Part shown: piece after piece, positions 26,886-36,574 of the stretch
How positions within the stretch are numbered: position 1 is the stretch's first letter
How the letters are laid out: each line of letters begins with the position of its first letter
From: a virus
Lineage: Duplodnaviria; Caudoviricetes
Length of the DNA: 64,000 nucleotides
IMG/VR virus record: IMGVR_UViG_3300036803_000075
Span: 1-64,000 of that record
Strand: one strand, 5' to 3'
The notes under the pieces: generated by a model
The model's database searches: none
What the model was told of the DNA's origin: nothing
What the model saw: only the letters and a program-made list of their open reading frames with translations
Translations under genes and position numbers: made by a program

Positions 26886-28186
26886 GCCTCTGCCTCTCCG
26901 ATCACGCTCACAAGCCCCGACGACGGCCGCCAAGCCAACTCCCAAGCCGCCAAGTTTTCCCTACGTGCAGCTAAAATCTGGAGAGTGGCCTGTTCCATCA
27001 TCCGCTGATCACTCGACTGATAGAGCCCGAACATCCAGTCAGCGGTGCGTTCCACTTCCGATGCTTCCGCCGCCATCCAAGCGGCAAGCTTGCCGTTGTC
27101 CTTCTCGGCCTGCTTAATTCCCTCGCGGTTGAGCTGATGCGGCATCAGGCAGCTCAGCCGATGTCGGCCGGTAGAGATCATCGACTTCAGTTCGTGGAGA
27201 TTCTCTCCGATCCGCTCCGGCTTGGACTTACGACCCGGATCCGGATGGTCCACGAAGGTGAGCTGGTCGATGATCACGCTGTCGCCGCCGAGCATCTGCG
27301 CCTGTCGGATCATCGCCGGTACCGTACGCATTCCCATCGGCGCCATGATGACGTGGATCCCGTCCCGCAGCTCCTGGCCGTGGTCGCTGATCCAGTCTCC
27401 AATACGCTCGATCTCCTCATTGCCGCACAGCCCCCGCTGGTACCGACGCGAGTCAATTCCCAGCTGCTGGCACACCATCCGGTCGTACGTCATCTCGACC
27501 GAGTTTTCCAATGTAAAAAGGATAACTCGACGCTGATGCGTCCACTCTTGCAGACCCACCATGGTGGCGAAGAAGCTCTTGCCCATCTTTTGCGGCCCCA
27601 GGATAACCGCCAGCTCTCCAGGATGAATCCCGTACGTGTGCTGGTCGATGGCACCCAAACCAAAAGTCATGCCCAGCATGGCTGTCCCCGCTTCCTGCCG
27701 GCGACGGTACCCATCCAACGAGGACTGGAATCCCACGATGCCCTCCGCCTGATTGACCTTGGTCTGCAAACCGATCACGAGCTGATGCAGCTCGTTGGCC
27801 TGCTCGCTCAGTACGTCCAACCGTTCCGGCGCGGTGGCGTCGGCCATCTCGCGGGCAGCCGTACGCATCCAGGTCTGGAATCGATAGTTTGCATAGGTAG
27901 CCCGCAAGTCATCCAGCGCCCACTCAATGTTGTCGATCTCCTCGTCCTCGGACAGAAGCTCAACGCCAGCACCCTCGATCACGTCCGCCCACGAGGCTTC
28001 CAGCGCGGCCCGGGACGGCGCCTTGAGTCGTCCTGACTCAAAGAACCGGTCAACGGCCCACGAGACCACCTGACGCATCTCCTCGGTCGGGATGCACTCC
28101 TCGGGCATCCCGTCCTTGGCAATCAGCTCCAGAGCGTCTACGTCGGTAAGAGAGGCAAAGAGAACGTCCTCAGCGCGCGTTGTCAC
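26882..28186 (-). CDS. dnaB: replicative DNA helicase (DnaB-like)
   Basis: GPQKMGKS, FTLEN, IIDQL, HQLNR, VERTAD motifs. Confidence 0.88.
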   Translation of the reverse strand: MTTRAEDVLFASLTDVDALELIAKDGMPEECIPTEEMRQVVSWAVDRFFESGRLKAPSRAALEASWADVIEGAGVELLSEDEEIDNIEWALDDLRATYANYRFQTWMRTAAREMADATAPERLDVLSEQANELHQLVIGLQTKVNQAEGIVGFQSSLDGYRRRQEAGTAMLGMTFGLGAIDQHTYGIHPGELAVILGPQKMGKSFFATMVGLQEWTHQRRVILFTLENSVEMTYDRMVCQQLGIDSRRYQRGLCGNEEIERIGDWISDHGQELRDGIHVIMAPMGMRTVPAMIRQAQMLGGDSVIIDQLTFVDHPDPGRKSKPERIGENLHELKSMISTGRHRLSCLMPHQLNREGIKQAEKDNGKLAAWMAAEASEVERTADWMFGLYQSSDQRMMEQATLQILAARRENLAAWELAWRPSSGLVSVIGEAEA

Positions 28187-28197
28187 GGCGCCGTCAC

Positions 28198-29040
28198 TCA
28201 GCCGACCGTAATGGGCCGGATGAGACCCTGCTGGATCTCCAACCTGGCCCGTTCGTTACTGCGAGAACGGTAATCGCGTCCGGGGACTTCCACCCACAGA
28301 CTCCTCTCGTACAGCAGGCTCATCACATTGGGGCCGTAGCCACCTTGGATCTCCTGGGGGGAATAGTTCGTCGTCATCAAGGTCGGCAGGGCGTTAGCCA
28401 CCCGGTGCCGGATCACCTGGTCGAGCATCGACTCCACAACTTCGGAGCGGCCCTTGTGCTCGCGCCCGAGATCATCGATCACCAACATCTGCGCGTTCCG
28501 GATACGCCGGTTGAACCAGGCTCGCTCGGCCTCGTCTCGCCAGCCGGCGGAGAAGGTGTCAATCATCTCCGAGAACTGAGTGAAGTAGCAGTCCACTCCG
28601 CCTGCCAGCAAAGTTTTGGTCGCCAGTACGGCAAGTAGCGTCTTGCCTGTCCCTCGGTCTGGCGACCAAAGCACCAGTCCAAGGCCGGCCCGAATATTCG
28701 CCACATGGTTCTCTAGGTATTCACCTAGAGCGCTCAGTACGTCGCCGCGTACGTCCTCCACGTCCTGCCAGCTGAGCCGCTGATGCCAGAGCCCTAAGCC
28801 CGCGTTGAGCATCCAGCGGTGCAACAGCCATTGATCCTTGCAACTGCAGGTATATGGATAGGGGAGCTTTCCTTTGTAACCAACAAAATTCTGTTGATCA
28901 CTGCACGTCAGACAACCTCTTGTGGGGTTTCCCCACAGGTTCGGATACTTCTCCCGCAGCCGCTTGGAGTCTGCTTCGGACAGAGGCTTGCAGGATGCCG
29001 GTGGACTAGGAAGTGAGAGCACCTCCGGCGCAACGGTCAT
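28198..29040 (-). CDS. DnaC/IstB-like helicase loader
   Basis: GTGKT Walker A, LVIDDLGRE, MTTN; N-terminal Cys motifs. Confidence 0.85.
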   Translation of the reverse strand: MTVAPEVLSLPSPPASCKPLSEADSKRLREKYPNLWGNPTRGCLTCSDQQNFVGYKGKLPYPYTCSCKDQWLLHRWMLNAGLGLWHQRLSWQDVEDVRGDVLSALGEYLENHVANIRAGLGLVLWSPDRGTGKTLLAVLATKTLLAGGVDCYFTQFSEMIDTFSAGWRDEAERAWFNRRIRNAQMLVIDDLGREHKGRSEVVESMLDQVIRHRVANALPTLMTTNYSPQEIQGGYGPNVMSLLYERSLWVEVPGRDYRSRSNERARLEIQQGLIRPITVG

Positions 29041-29447
29041 GCGTCGAGCTTGGCCAGGATCGGAAGGGCAAAGAAGGGGTCTTGGTTCTTGCAGAACCGG
29101 TTCACTGAGATCGGAGCGGAAACCCACATACCCTTCTCACCACGCTCGCTGAACGCCTGCTTGGCGATCCTCGCCGAATTTGCTCCGTGCCTAGCCAAAA
29201 ACCCCTTGAAGATCGCCGCTTCAGTGATGGGGTTCCGCAGTTGTGGCCCATGATACTTCTGGATCTGGTCAATCACGTAATTCCGGAGATCTTCCCATGA
29301 CCACTTCTCCGCCGGCTGGGCAAGGTACGCGGTGGGGACCTCGGCGGGGCGCGGAGTGATGGTCACGCGCTCGACGACCGTCGGTACAGCTGTCTTCACC
29401 GTCAGGGACCGGGTCTGACTTTCCAGCATGGCATTGAAGTCGATCAT
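29037..29447 (-). CDS. hypothetical replication-associated protein
   Basis: ORF coupled to the loader gene. Confidence 0.65.
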   Translation of the reverse strand: MIDFNAMLESQTRSLTVKTAVPTVVERVTITPRPAEVPTAYLAQPAEKWSWEDLRNYVIDQIQKYHGPQLRNPITEAAIFKGFLARHGANSARIAKQAFSERGEKGMWVSAPISVNRFCKNQDPFFALPILAKLDA

Positions 29448-29462
29448 GGGGGTGTGCTCTCC

Positions 29463-29822
29463 CTAGCTCTCGGACTGGCCGAGATAGTTCCGACGACAGA
29501 AGGACCAGAAGTCCGTACCAACCGCCCGCACGTCCTCCTGGACATGGGGCTTCTCGTCATTCAGATGTGGGTCTCTCGGAATGTTGATTACATCAGCGGA
29601 GCCCTTGTGGACGAGAGTCAGCCGAGCACCCTCCGCCACGGGGACGGCCACCAGCCAGTGATAGTCGTCCATACCGACCACGTAACCCATCACCTCGTAC
29701 GAGTACTCCGAGGCGATGATCTTGAACGTGATCTTCTTACCATCGACCGCCGCTCGTGCGAGCTGCCGGTCCGACATAAACGAGCCCCGCCGGTCGCTCT
29801 TGTTGGAACTGGCAACCGACAT
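29463..29822 (-). CDS. hypothetical protein
   Basis: ORF; start may be internal (MSDRQL). Confidence 0.65.
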   Translation of the reverse strand: MSVASSNKSDRRGSFMSDRQLARAAVDGKKITFKIIASEYSYEVMGYVVGMDDYHWLVAVPVAEGARLTLVHKGSADVINIPRDPHLNDEKPHVQEDVRAVGTDFWSFCRRNYLGQSES

Positions 29823-29844
29823 TTAAACATCCCCCAAGTGGTTA

Positions 29845-29890
29845 AAAAACCCGCCCCTGCCCGGGGCCAGCAAGGCAAGGGCGGGGCGGG
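29845..29890 (-). terminator. intrinsic terminator
   Basis: GC-rich stem followed by U6 on the minus strand. Confidence 0.7.
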
Positions 29891-29959
29891 CTAGATCTTC
29901 CACCTCGACCACTCAGATCGGTGTAGCGATCGCAACCGTACCTCCGTCTTTGGAGGTCG

Positions 29960-30826
29960 TCAACGGCCTGTTGGGGGGTCATTCCAAAGGACTCGGTTAA
30001 CGAGATTTTTCTTTATCTTGACCAGTTCGAACTGGTCTAAAAATGCCAGGAGCTTGTCCCACCCTCGCATCCCAAAACAGGTCGGGGTGAACTCCGGCGC
30101 AGTCACTCCTGGGATGGCATTCCGAAGGTCAATCAGCTGATGGTTCAGGTGAACCTGAGAGAGCCTCTCAGAGACCCGAGGATCGACGATGGCCCCTGGA
30201 TCCCAGGCTGCCTCCCTCAAGCGCTTCACGGCCGTCTTGAGGCCGTAGCCGGGCACTCCAGGAATGTCGTCGCTACTGTCTCCAGCCAGTGCCATAGCCC
30301 AGGCCAGCTGGTAGGGCTCGCAATCGAACTCCCGACGTACGCGGTCTATGGTCCACCGCTCGTCCGGCGGCCGGATCTGAACCACCCCGTCGTCCAGGAG
30401 CTGAAGAAAGTCCTTGTCCCCGGACAAAATCACGGTCCGTTCGCCGTCCTCCTGGTGGCCACGCCAGAAGGCAGCCACCAAATCATCGGCCTCCAGGCCG
30501 GGCGAGGACAGGTAAGGCACATTGGCCAGCAGCAGGAACTCGCGGATCAGCGAACTGGTGGTATCTCGGTACCCGGTGAAGTCCGCCGAGAGCACCTTAC
30601 GAGAGGCCTTGTAGCCGGGGTAGAGAGCTACTCTGCGGCTGCTTCCACCCTCGTCCCAGCACAGGACAAGCTTGTCGGGCTTCTCGGTCCGTACGTGCCG
30701 GCTCAGGCTGCCGATGAAAGCCACCAGCGCGGAGGTATCGATGCCATGAGAGGTCATCGCCTTACGCTCGGTAGCGTGGACGGCCCGCATCATCAGATTC
30801 GTGGCGTCCACGATCATCGCGGTCAT
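29960..30826 (-). CDS. 5'-3' exonuclease / flap endonuclease (Pol I N-terminal-like)
   Basis: IVDA, YKASR, EADD, SGDKDFLQL, GDSSDDIPGVPGYGLKTA. Confidence 0.92.
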   Translation of the reverse strand: MTAMIVDATNLMMRAVHATERKAMTSHGIDTSALVAFIGSLSRHVRTEKPDKLVLCWDEGGSSRRVALYPGYKASRKVLSADFTGYRDTTSSLIREFLLLANVPYLSSPGLEADDLVAAFWRGHQEDGERTVILSGDKDFLQLLDDGVVQIRPPDERWTIDRVRREFDCEPYQLAWAMALAGDSSDDIPGVPGYGLKTAVKRLREAAWDPGAIVDPRVSERLSQVHLNHQLIDLRNAIPGVTAPEFTPTCFGMRGWDKLLAFLDQFELVKIKKNLVNRVLWNDPPTGR

Positions 30827-31515
30827 GGGGATTTCGAGTGGGCCTTGACGCTCAGTTCAACGATCTCCTTGACATCCTCGGACGACTTTCCCATGATGGC
30901 GCCCCGCAGCTCATCCAGCCGGACCACGGTGAGCTTCTCGATCTCAGCCATCCGGCTGTCTACCAAAGACTCGAGCGAGTCCTCGACAGCCGCCGGCACC
31001 CGTTCGGACAGATCCTTGTTCAGGTCCGCACGCATTTCCTTGAGCAGCGACTTGGAAGCGATCTCCAGCACCTGAGTCTGGTTGAGGAAACGCTCGTCGC
31101 TCTCGCCCTCCAGCCTGATCCCATACAGCAGAGACACATGCCGGATCACCATGATGGTGTCCAAGAGCTGCAGGCCGTTCAGAACTCCGCACTGGGTGAG
31201 GGCATGTGCCATCCGCTCTACGTCAGCGAGGGTGTAATAGCGAGCCTGGTGCTGGTTCCGTTTGGGAATAAGAGGCTCGCCGTCCAGGACGAGGCGACCG
31301 TAGGGATACTTCTCACCCTTGGGGCGGTAGAGCCACCGCAGCCATTCCGCCTTGTGTCCGAAGAAGACCATTGCCACCGACTGGATATTAAAATGTGGCA
31401 GTTCCATCCCCGTCTTCTCATCACGGACAAACATCGAATCATCCAGGATGAACCGGCCAACGGGGGGAATATCCTGGATGTCCGATGCGATGTTATGCGT
31501 GTCGTATGGTGGCAA
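30823..31515 (-). CDS. MerR-like HTH DNA-binding protein
   Basis: FNIQSVA..WLRW..RYYTLADVE motif. Confidence 0.6.
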   Translation of the reverse strand: MPPYDTHNIASDIQDIPPVGRFILDDSMFVRDEKTGMELPHFNIQSVAMVFFGHKAEWLRWLYRPKGEKYPYGRLVLDGEPLIPKRNQHQARYYTLADVERMAHALTQCGVLNGLQLLDTIMVIRHVSLLYGIRLEGESDERFLNQTQVLEIASKSLLKEMRADLNKDLSERVPAAVEDSLESLVDSRMAEIEKLTVVRLDELRGAIMGKSSEDVKEIVELSVKAHSKSP

Positions 31516-31540
31516 TGCACCTCCTCAGGTAGTCGAGCGA

Positions 31541-32236
31541 TTACCGGATGTTCAGCGCGCTCCCCGGGCGGGCGGCGTGTGCTGCCTCGGCCAGAGCCTC
31601 CAGCAGGCTCGGATCCTTGTGTACGGCCTTGAAGACCTTGTCCTCGTCCAGCACGCGAGTCGGACTGGTGAAGGCGAGGTAGGTCTCTCGGGTGATCTTG
31701 TCCTCGACGACCAGCTTCTCCAGCAGCTCGGCGGTGATCTTGGGAGTGCGGTACTCCCGAGCCCAGACGTGGTCCGACTCGGGGATGGCGACCGTCTCCG
31801 GCTTCTCCGGCGCTCCCAGTACGTAGTGCCCGTGCGCGTCGCGCGGGCTGCTGTAGGGATCCGCCAGGCCGTCGTCCTCCGCCGTCACGTCGAGGTGGTT
31901 GCGGATGGCTTCCTTGATGCTGTCACGACGCTTCTTGGCGGCCGTCTCGATGATCTTGAGGAGGGTGTCCTCATCGTAAAGATTGCTCACCTCGGCCGGC
32001 TTGAGCGCCCGGCGTACGGTCGGCTGGACGCTACCGAAGAACGACGGCAACCCCTTGAGGGCCACCTTCACCTGGTCTGTCAGGGTTTGCCTGCGGGGAA
32101 CGTCTGGGAACGGCTGAGCGGACTCCACTGGCTCATCGTCCACCAGCGTCCGCAGTACCTCCGCGAGGGACTTGCCGTCCTTCAGCGCGATGGTTCCCTT
32201 GCGGATACTGACCTCTAAGGCGGTGGTTCGTGACAT
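31541..32236 (-). CDS. hypothetical protein
   Basis: ORF downstream of a GCCAGAGAT promoter (32258-32285). Confidence 0.7.
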   Translation of the reverse strand: MSRTTALEVSIRKGTIALKDGKSLAEVLRTLVDDEPVESAQPFPDVPRRQTLTDQVKVALKGLPSFFGSVQPTVRRALKPAEVSNLYDEDTLLKIIETAAKKRRDSIKEAIRNHLDVTAEDDGLADPYSSPRDAHGHYVLGAPEKPETVAIPESDHVWAREYRTPKITAELLEKLVVEDKITRETYLAFTSPTRVLDEDKVFKAVHKDPSLLEALAEAAHAARPGSALNIR

Positions 32237-32351
32237 CTTCCTGCCTCCCTTGGCTGGATCTCTGGCGTCAGGTGATCATACCAAGGAAACCAGGGGCGAG
32301 GAAGAGAATCCCGGATACGGTTAGTACCCGGGATTCCTATACCTACGCAGT

Positions 32352-32651
32352 TCAGAGGGGCTTGGTCGGGTCCACTGGAGGTACCACAGGCGCGGCCGGC
32401 GGGTCGACAGCCAGCCGTACGGTGTGCTTGGCGTACCAGCCGGCCAGAAAGGTCAACCCGGCGGTCACCGCACCAGTCACGACCGTCACCAGGGCGGTCT
32501 GGATGGCACTGGGCATCATCGCAATGAACGGCAGACTGCCCAGTGCGTACAAGATCAAAGACACCACGGCCGCCGTGATGCCACCGGACACGGTGGACCA
32601 GACCACCTTGGATTCGATCTGATTGTCGAGCCGGGGGAGATTAAGGGACAT
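32352..32651 (-). CDS. holin-like membrane protein
   Basis: Two TM helices; immediately downstream of the endolysin. Confidence 0.65.
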   Translation of the reverse strand: MSLNLPRLDNQIESKVVWSTVSGGITAAVVSLILYALGSLPFIAMMPSAIQTALVTVVTGAVTAGLTFLAGWYAKHTVRLAVDPPAAPVVPPVDPTKPL

Positions 32652-32660
32652 GGCCGCTCC

Positions 32661-33782
32661 TTACGGTGTCTGACCCAGGCATTTAGCCCAGAAGGCAGTG
32701 GTGCAGATTCCCCGCTTGACCGAGTCGTCGTCTACGGGGATCCCCTGAGCCCGCGACCAGGCCATCACACACAGCCGCAGATCCTCGGTGAAGTAGCCGT
32801 TGACTGCTTTGGAACCACCCGGCTGGACCCCGAAGTGGGCGGCATACGAGTAATGAACTCCATCAGCGGATGCCAGCGGCCATACCGTGAAGCCCATGAG
32901 GTCCCGGACGAAGTTGACCCACAGCGACTGCAGGTAGTCGCTCTTGCCCGGACGAGTGCCAGAGCCGATCCAGACCTTGGCGGCGTTGGGTGCCGGCACC
33001 AGCCGGGCATCCCACGTGCTGTGGTGGACCACGCCATTGGAGTCCACCGACCGGATGACCACCGGCACGAGGATGCCGTAGACCGGTGGGTCGCCAGCCT
33101 TCCAGCCGCCGTGAGCGGCAATCTGAGCCACTGTCAGCGGCTTGTAGCTCGTGGTAGGAGTGCCGCCGCCGGGCTTCGCCAGAATGGCGTTCAGGTCCAC
33201 GCAGACATCAACGTCGCCCGGCCGGCCCGAACCCGGAATGCTGCCGGTCGAGGTGTACTGCCAGACCTTCCAGCCGGACATCGCCGGCCGCGCCGCCGAG
33301 GTGTAGTGCGCTACCCAGACCGGTACGTCAGCGGCCTTCCAGCCGGATCCGCCGCGTAGCTCGTTGTTGAAGAAGCTGGCCGAGCAGTAAACCGTCGGTG
33401 CGCACCCGAACTGGTTCCGACACTCAGCGATGAACGCGGCGGCAAATCCGGGAGCATTGGAGCTGCTCCAACCCGAGCCCTCGATGTCCAGTACCGGTCG
33501 GAGATCGCCCGGTTGCAGAACGCCGACTACCGAGCGCATGAAACGGACCTGCGCAACGGCGTTGCCAGGATGGGCGTAGTGATAGGCACCCACATGGATG
33601 CCCCGACCCCTGGCCTGGGCTGGGTATCCCCAGCTGACCCAGGCCGGTGACCGGTAGGTGGTCCCTTCGGTCGCCTTGATGTAGACGAAGTCCCAGTTGT
33701 ACGCGGACCAGTTGATGCCGGGGTCGTAGCCTGACACATCGGCGCCACGCCAGACCGTCATTCCCCGGAAGGCCACGGTCAT
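32661..33782 (-). CDS. endolysin (GH25 muramidase)
   Basis: GADVSGY, YIKATEG, GAYHYA, VLDIE, WQYT motifs. Confidence 0.9.
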   Translation of the reverse strand: MTVAFRGMTVWRGADVSGYDPGINWSAYNWDFVYIKATEGTTYRSPAWVSWGYPAQARGRGIHVGAYHYAHPGNAVAQVRFMRSVVGVLQPGDLRPVLDIEGSGWSSSNAPGFAAAFIAECRNQFGCAPTVYCSASFFNNELRGGSGWKAADVPVWVAHYTSAARPAMSGWKVWQYTSTGSIPGSGRPGDVDVCVDLNAILAKPGGGTPTTSYKPLTVAQIAAHGGWKAGDPPVYGILVPVVIRSVDSNGVVHHSTWDARLVPAPNAAKVWIGSGTRPGKSDYLQSLWVNFVRDLMGFTVWPLASADGVHYSYAAHFGVQPGGSKAVNGYFTEDLRLCVMAWSRAQGIPVDDDSVKRGICTTAFWAKCLGQTP

Positions 33783-33934
33783 GATGCATCACCCGTTCCC
33801 ATCCGACCCTCTTTGTCGTCGGAGATCGGAACGTCGTCGGGGTTGATCGGATCGAGATCTTCCACGTCATCGTCCGTGGGAAGTGGGTGATCTGGCTCCG
33901 GCTGTACGGACTCAGTGATGTCGACGCCTGACAT
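33779..33934 (-). CDS. small acidic peptide upstream of the endolysin
   Basis: 51-aa ORF MSGVDITES...; AGGAGG RBS; stop overlaps the endolysin ATG. Confidence 0.5.
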   Translation of the reverse strand: MSGVDITESVQPEPDHPLPTDDDVEDLDPINPDDVPISDDKEGRMGTGDAS

Positions 33935-33953
33935 AAGACTGTCCTCCTGCCTC

Positions 33954-33989
33954 TCTAACCCTTCCGGGCCCTGAGGTTCAGGAGGACAG
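33954..33989 (-). promoter_or_regulatory. putative late promoter (CTGTCC-N19-GAAGGGTTAGA)
   Basis: Matches the motifs at 10249 and 63577 with identical spacing. Confidence 0.6.
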
Positions 33990-34007
33990 TGCGATCAATT
34001 CAAACGA

Positions 34008-35945
34008 TCAACGGTAGAAGGCCTTGACTTCGTCCAGGCTGGTGGTCCGCTTTGCCGGCGGCAGCCCCCGCAGGATCTGGGAGCCCCAGCCGGTGGCGAG
34101 CCGGCTGTCCAGGATGGCAACAACCGCCCGGTCGTCAGTCCGGCGGATGGCCCGGCCGAAGGCCTGCAGCAGCACCAGAGTCATGTTCGGAATGGTCAGG
34201 CCGAAGAAGGACTTGCCACCGTTGCGCTCGAAGATCTCGGTGCGAGCCTCCACAATCGGGTCGCCTGGGATAGCGAACGGCATCTTGTCGATGACGACCA
34301 GCCGGCAGCACTCGCCCTCGAAGCTGACACCGGTCATGAAGCTCTTCAGCGCCAGGAGCACCGAGTTGGGCTCCTCGACCTTGCGCTGGGCCAGCTCCTT
34401 GTTGGTGAATCCCTCACCCTGCATGTAGACGGTGTAGCCCTTCTTGCGGAGCTTGGCACCGACCGTCTTGTACGACAGCTGCATGGACTCGTCGCTGGTA
34501 AACAGCAGCAGGGCGCCGCCGCCGGCAGCCTCCACCATCTCCTGGGTCATCGCGGTGGCGTAGGTGAGCCAGGCGCCCCGCAGCTTCGGGCTGGGAGCCT
34601 CCTTGGCCGGAGTGAACAGCAGCGCCTGCTTGCTGTAGTCGAACGGCGTTCCCACGTCCAGGGTGCGCGCGCCCTCCAGACCCAGCTTCTGGGAGACGAA
34701 GTCGAAGCGGTTGTTTACCGTCAGCGTGGCGCTCACCAGGACGGCGGAGACGCGCTCCCACAGCCAGGCCTTCAGGAACGGGGCCACCGAGATCGGAGAG
34801 GCCTTGAAGATCTTGACCTCGACCTCTTGGCCGCGCACCGTACGAGTCTCGGACTCGGTCCAGCGGACGTACTCGCTGTCGTCAGCGGAGACGACCTCGC
34901 CGAGATGGGTGGCGTAGTTGGAGGCCCGCTTGGCCAGCATCCGGCGCTTGATCTCACCCTTACGGGCATCGCCGTTGCGGATGTCCATCTGACGGATGGC
35001 CTTGGCCAACGACTGCAGTGCGTTGATCAGGTCGATCGGAGCGTCCTGGTTCTCCACGAACCAGGACAACGGCAGCCGGCGAGTGGAGGGGAGGGAGTCC
35101 CAGAATCGGTCCGCCGCGTCCATCACCCGGTTGCCGTGCTCGCTCTGCTGGTGCTGTGCCCGCTGGAAGCCGTCGACCTCGGTCAGCAGGTGCACGATGC
35201 CGGCCCGCTTGACCTCGAAGGTCAGCGCGTTGGTGACGATCTCCTCCAGCTCGTGGGCCTCGTCGATGATCACGGCGTCGTACTCGCCCAGCATGCTGAC
35301 CTCGCCGTCCGTCATCCGGCGGAGGTTGGTGTCGGTGGCCAGCAGCGCGGTGTTGGTCACGACCAGCTGGGCCTCTTTGGCCGCAGTCTTGGCCTTCTCG
35401 GCAAAACAGCCCTGGGCGAAGGGGCATTGGGTCTTACCAGGGCACTCGTTGGAGGTCGAGGCCAGTAGGCGGAACTGGTCCTTGGTGACCACGGTGGAGA
35501 AGTGCTCGCGGTCTCCCGAGTGCTCCGGATTGGCGTCCAGCTCGGCCCGCATCGCGTCCAGCGGCACCTTGGTCTTGTCGACGCTGGCGGCCTTGGCCTC
35601 GCAGAAGTAGTTGCTACGACCCTTCAGGAGAGCCCACTTGAACGGGACGCCCAGGTTGGCCTGAAGGAAGGGCACGTCCTTGTTGGCGTACTGCTCTTGG
35701 AGCGCGATCGTGGCGGTGGCGATGATGACCCGCAGACCGGACAGGATGGCGGGAATCATGGTGGCCAGCGACTTGCCGACACCGGTTCCGGCCTGCATGA
35801 GGCCCAAGGTCTGCTCCGCCAGTACCGCCTCGACGAACGTAGCGCCCTTGGTCTGCTGCGGCCGGCGCTCGTATCCAGGCAGTTTGGCCTTCAGCACCTT
35901 CTCGGCATCGGCGAAGTTGGTGGGGATGAGGGCGGTGGCGGTCAT
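34008..35945 (-). CDS. dinG: DinG-family helicase
   Basis: AGTGVGKS, KGRSNYFC with FeS cysteines, DEAH, SAT, QAFGRAIR. Confidence 0.92.
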   Translation of the reverse strand: MTATALIPTNFADAEKVLKAKLPGYERRPQQTKGATFVEAVLAEQTLGLMQAGTGVGKSLATMIPAILSGLRVIIATATIALQEQYANKDVPFLQANLGVPFKWALLKGRSNYFCEAKAASVDKTKVPLDAMRAELDANPEHSGDREHFSTVVTKDQFRLLASTSNECPGKTQCPFAQGCFAEKAKTAAKEAQLVVTNTALLATDTNLRRMTDGEVSMLGEYDAVIIDEAHELEEIVTNALTFEVKRAGIVHLLTEVDGFQRAQHQQSEHGNRVMDAADRFWDSLPSTRRLPLSWFVENQDAPIDLINALQSLAKAIRQMDIRNGDARKGEIKRRMLAKRASNYATHLGEVVSADDSEYVRWTESETRTVRGQEVEVKIFKASPISVAPFLKAWLWERVSAVLVSATLTVNNRFDFVSQKLGLEGARTLDVGTPFDYSKQALLFTPAKEAPSPKLRGAWLTYATAMTQEMVEAAGGGALLLFTSDESMQLSYKTVGAKLRKKGYTVYMQGEGFTNKELAQRKVEEPNSVLLALKSFMTGVSFEGECCRLVVIDKMPFAIPGDPIVEARTEIFERNGGKSFFGLTIPNMTLVLLQAFGRAIRRTDDRAVVAILDSRLATGWGSQILRGLPPAKRTTSLDEVKAFYR

Positions 35946-36011
35946 GGTGTCCTCCTATTTAAATCTCTGGCAGGTCTCCAGATTAGCACAGCAGGAGCCA
36001 CCATGGGGACA

Positions 36012-36374
36012 TCATCCACCATGTTCCTGGAGCCAATGCCAGGTCGCCAGAGCCTCCTGTCGGAGTGTCCGAGCTGGATGTAGGACGACACCGCCGCCAC
36101 CATGACAAGTGCAGCGCCCTTCCAGATGATCTACCGACCCCACCGTCGAACGGATCAAGCACTCTTTGTGGGTATACCCGTGCTTGGGTGTCGGCTTACC
36201 ATCCTCATCCGTGGCGACGATCCCCATAGAGACGCCCGAGTCTTCCTCCCAGAACTGCTCCGCACACCACAGGCAAACCTCGCCCACCGGGACGGGGACT
36301 CGGTCATTCCACCGCAGATAGTTGTTGTCGTCGTAGCAGATACCGCTCGCCCACGGTTCGCCAAACCAAAGCAT
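36012..36374 (-). CDS. hypothetical Cys/His-rich protein
   Basis: ORF with GAGGAGG RBS. Confidence 0.6.
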   Translation of the reverse strand: MLWFGEPWASGICYDDNNYLRWNDRVPVPVGEVCLWCAEQFWEEDSGVSMGIVATDEDGKPTPKHGYTHKECLIRSTVGSVDHLEGRCTCHGGGGVVLHPARTLRQEALATWHWLQEHGG

Positions 36375-36390
36375 GATGCCCTCCTCAAAG

Positions 36391-36464
36391 AGCCGCCTGG
36401 AGGATTCGAACCCCCGACCAGCGCATTACGAGTGCGCTGCTCTACCAGGCTGAGCTAAGGCGGC
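36391..36464 (-). tRNA. tRNA-Thr(CGT)
   Basis: Cloverleaf; anticodon arm GCGCA-CTCGTAA-TGCGC; GGTTCGAATC T loop. Confidence 0.92.
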
Positions 36465-36530
36465 GAGTGATCCGACAGCGGTACGGGAATGGATATCGTC
36501 GGTTCTGTGGCCGCCGGATCAGTCCATAAC

Positions 36531-36563
36531 AAACACCTCGGAGACATCATTGTCTCCGAGGTG
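36531..36563 (-). terminator. intrinsic terminator after the Ro60 gene
   Basis: CACCTCGGAGACA/TGTCTCCGAGGTG 13-bp stem plus U residues. Confidence 0.75.
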
Positions 36564-36574
36564 CCTGGTTCCTG

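Noticed and set aside
34008-35945. DinG plus Cas7-like protein as a type IV CRISPR system
   Set aside because: The genes are about 13 kb apart on opposite strands with no csf1/csf3/cas6; only a shared promoter motif links them
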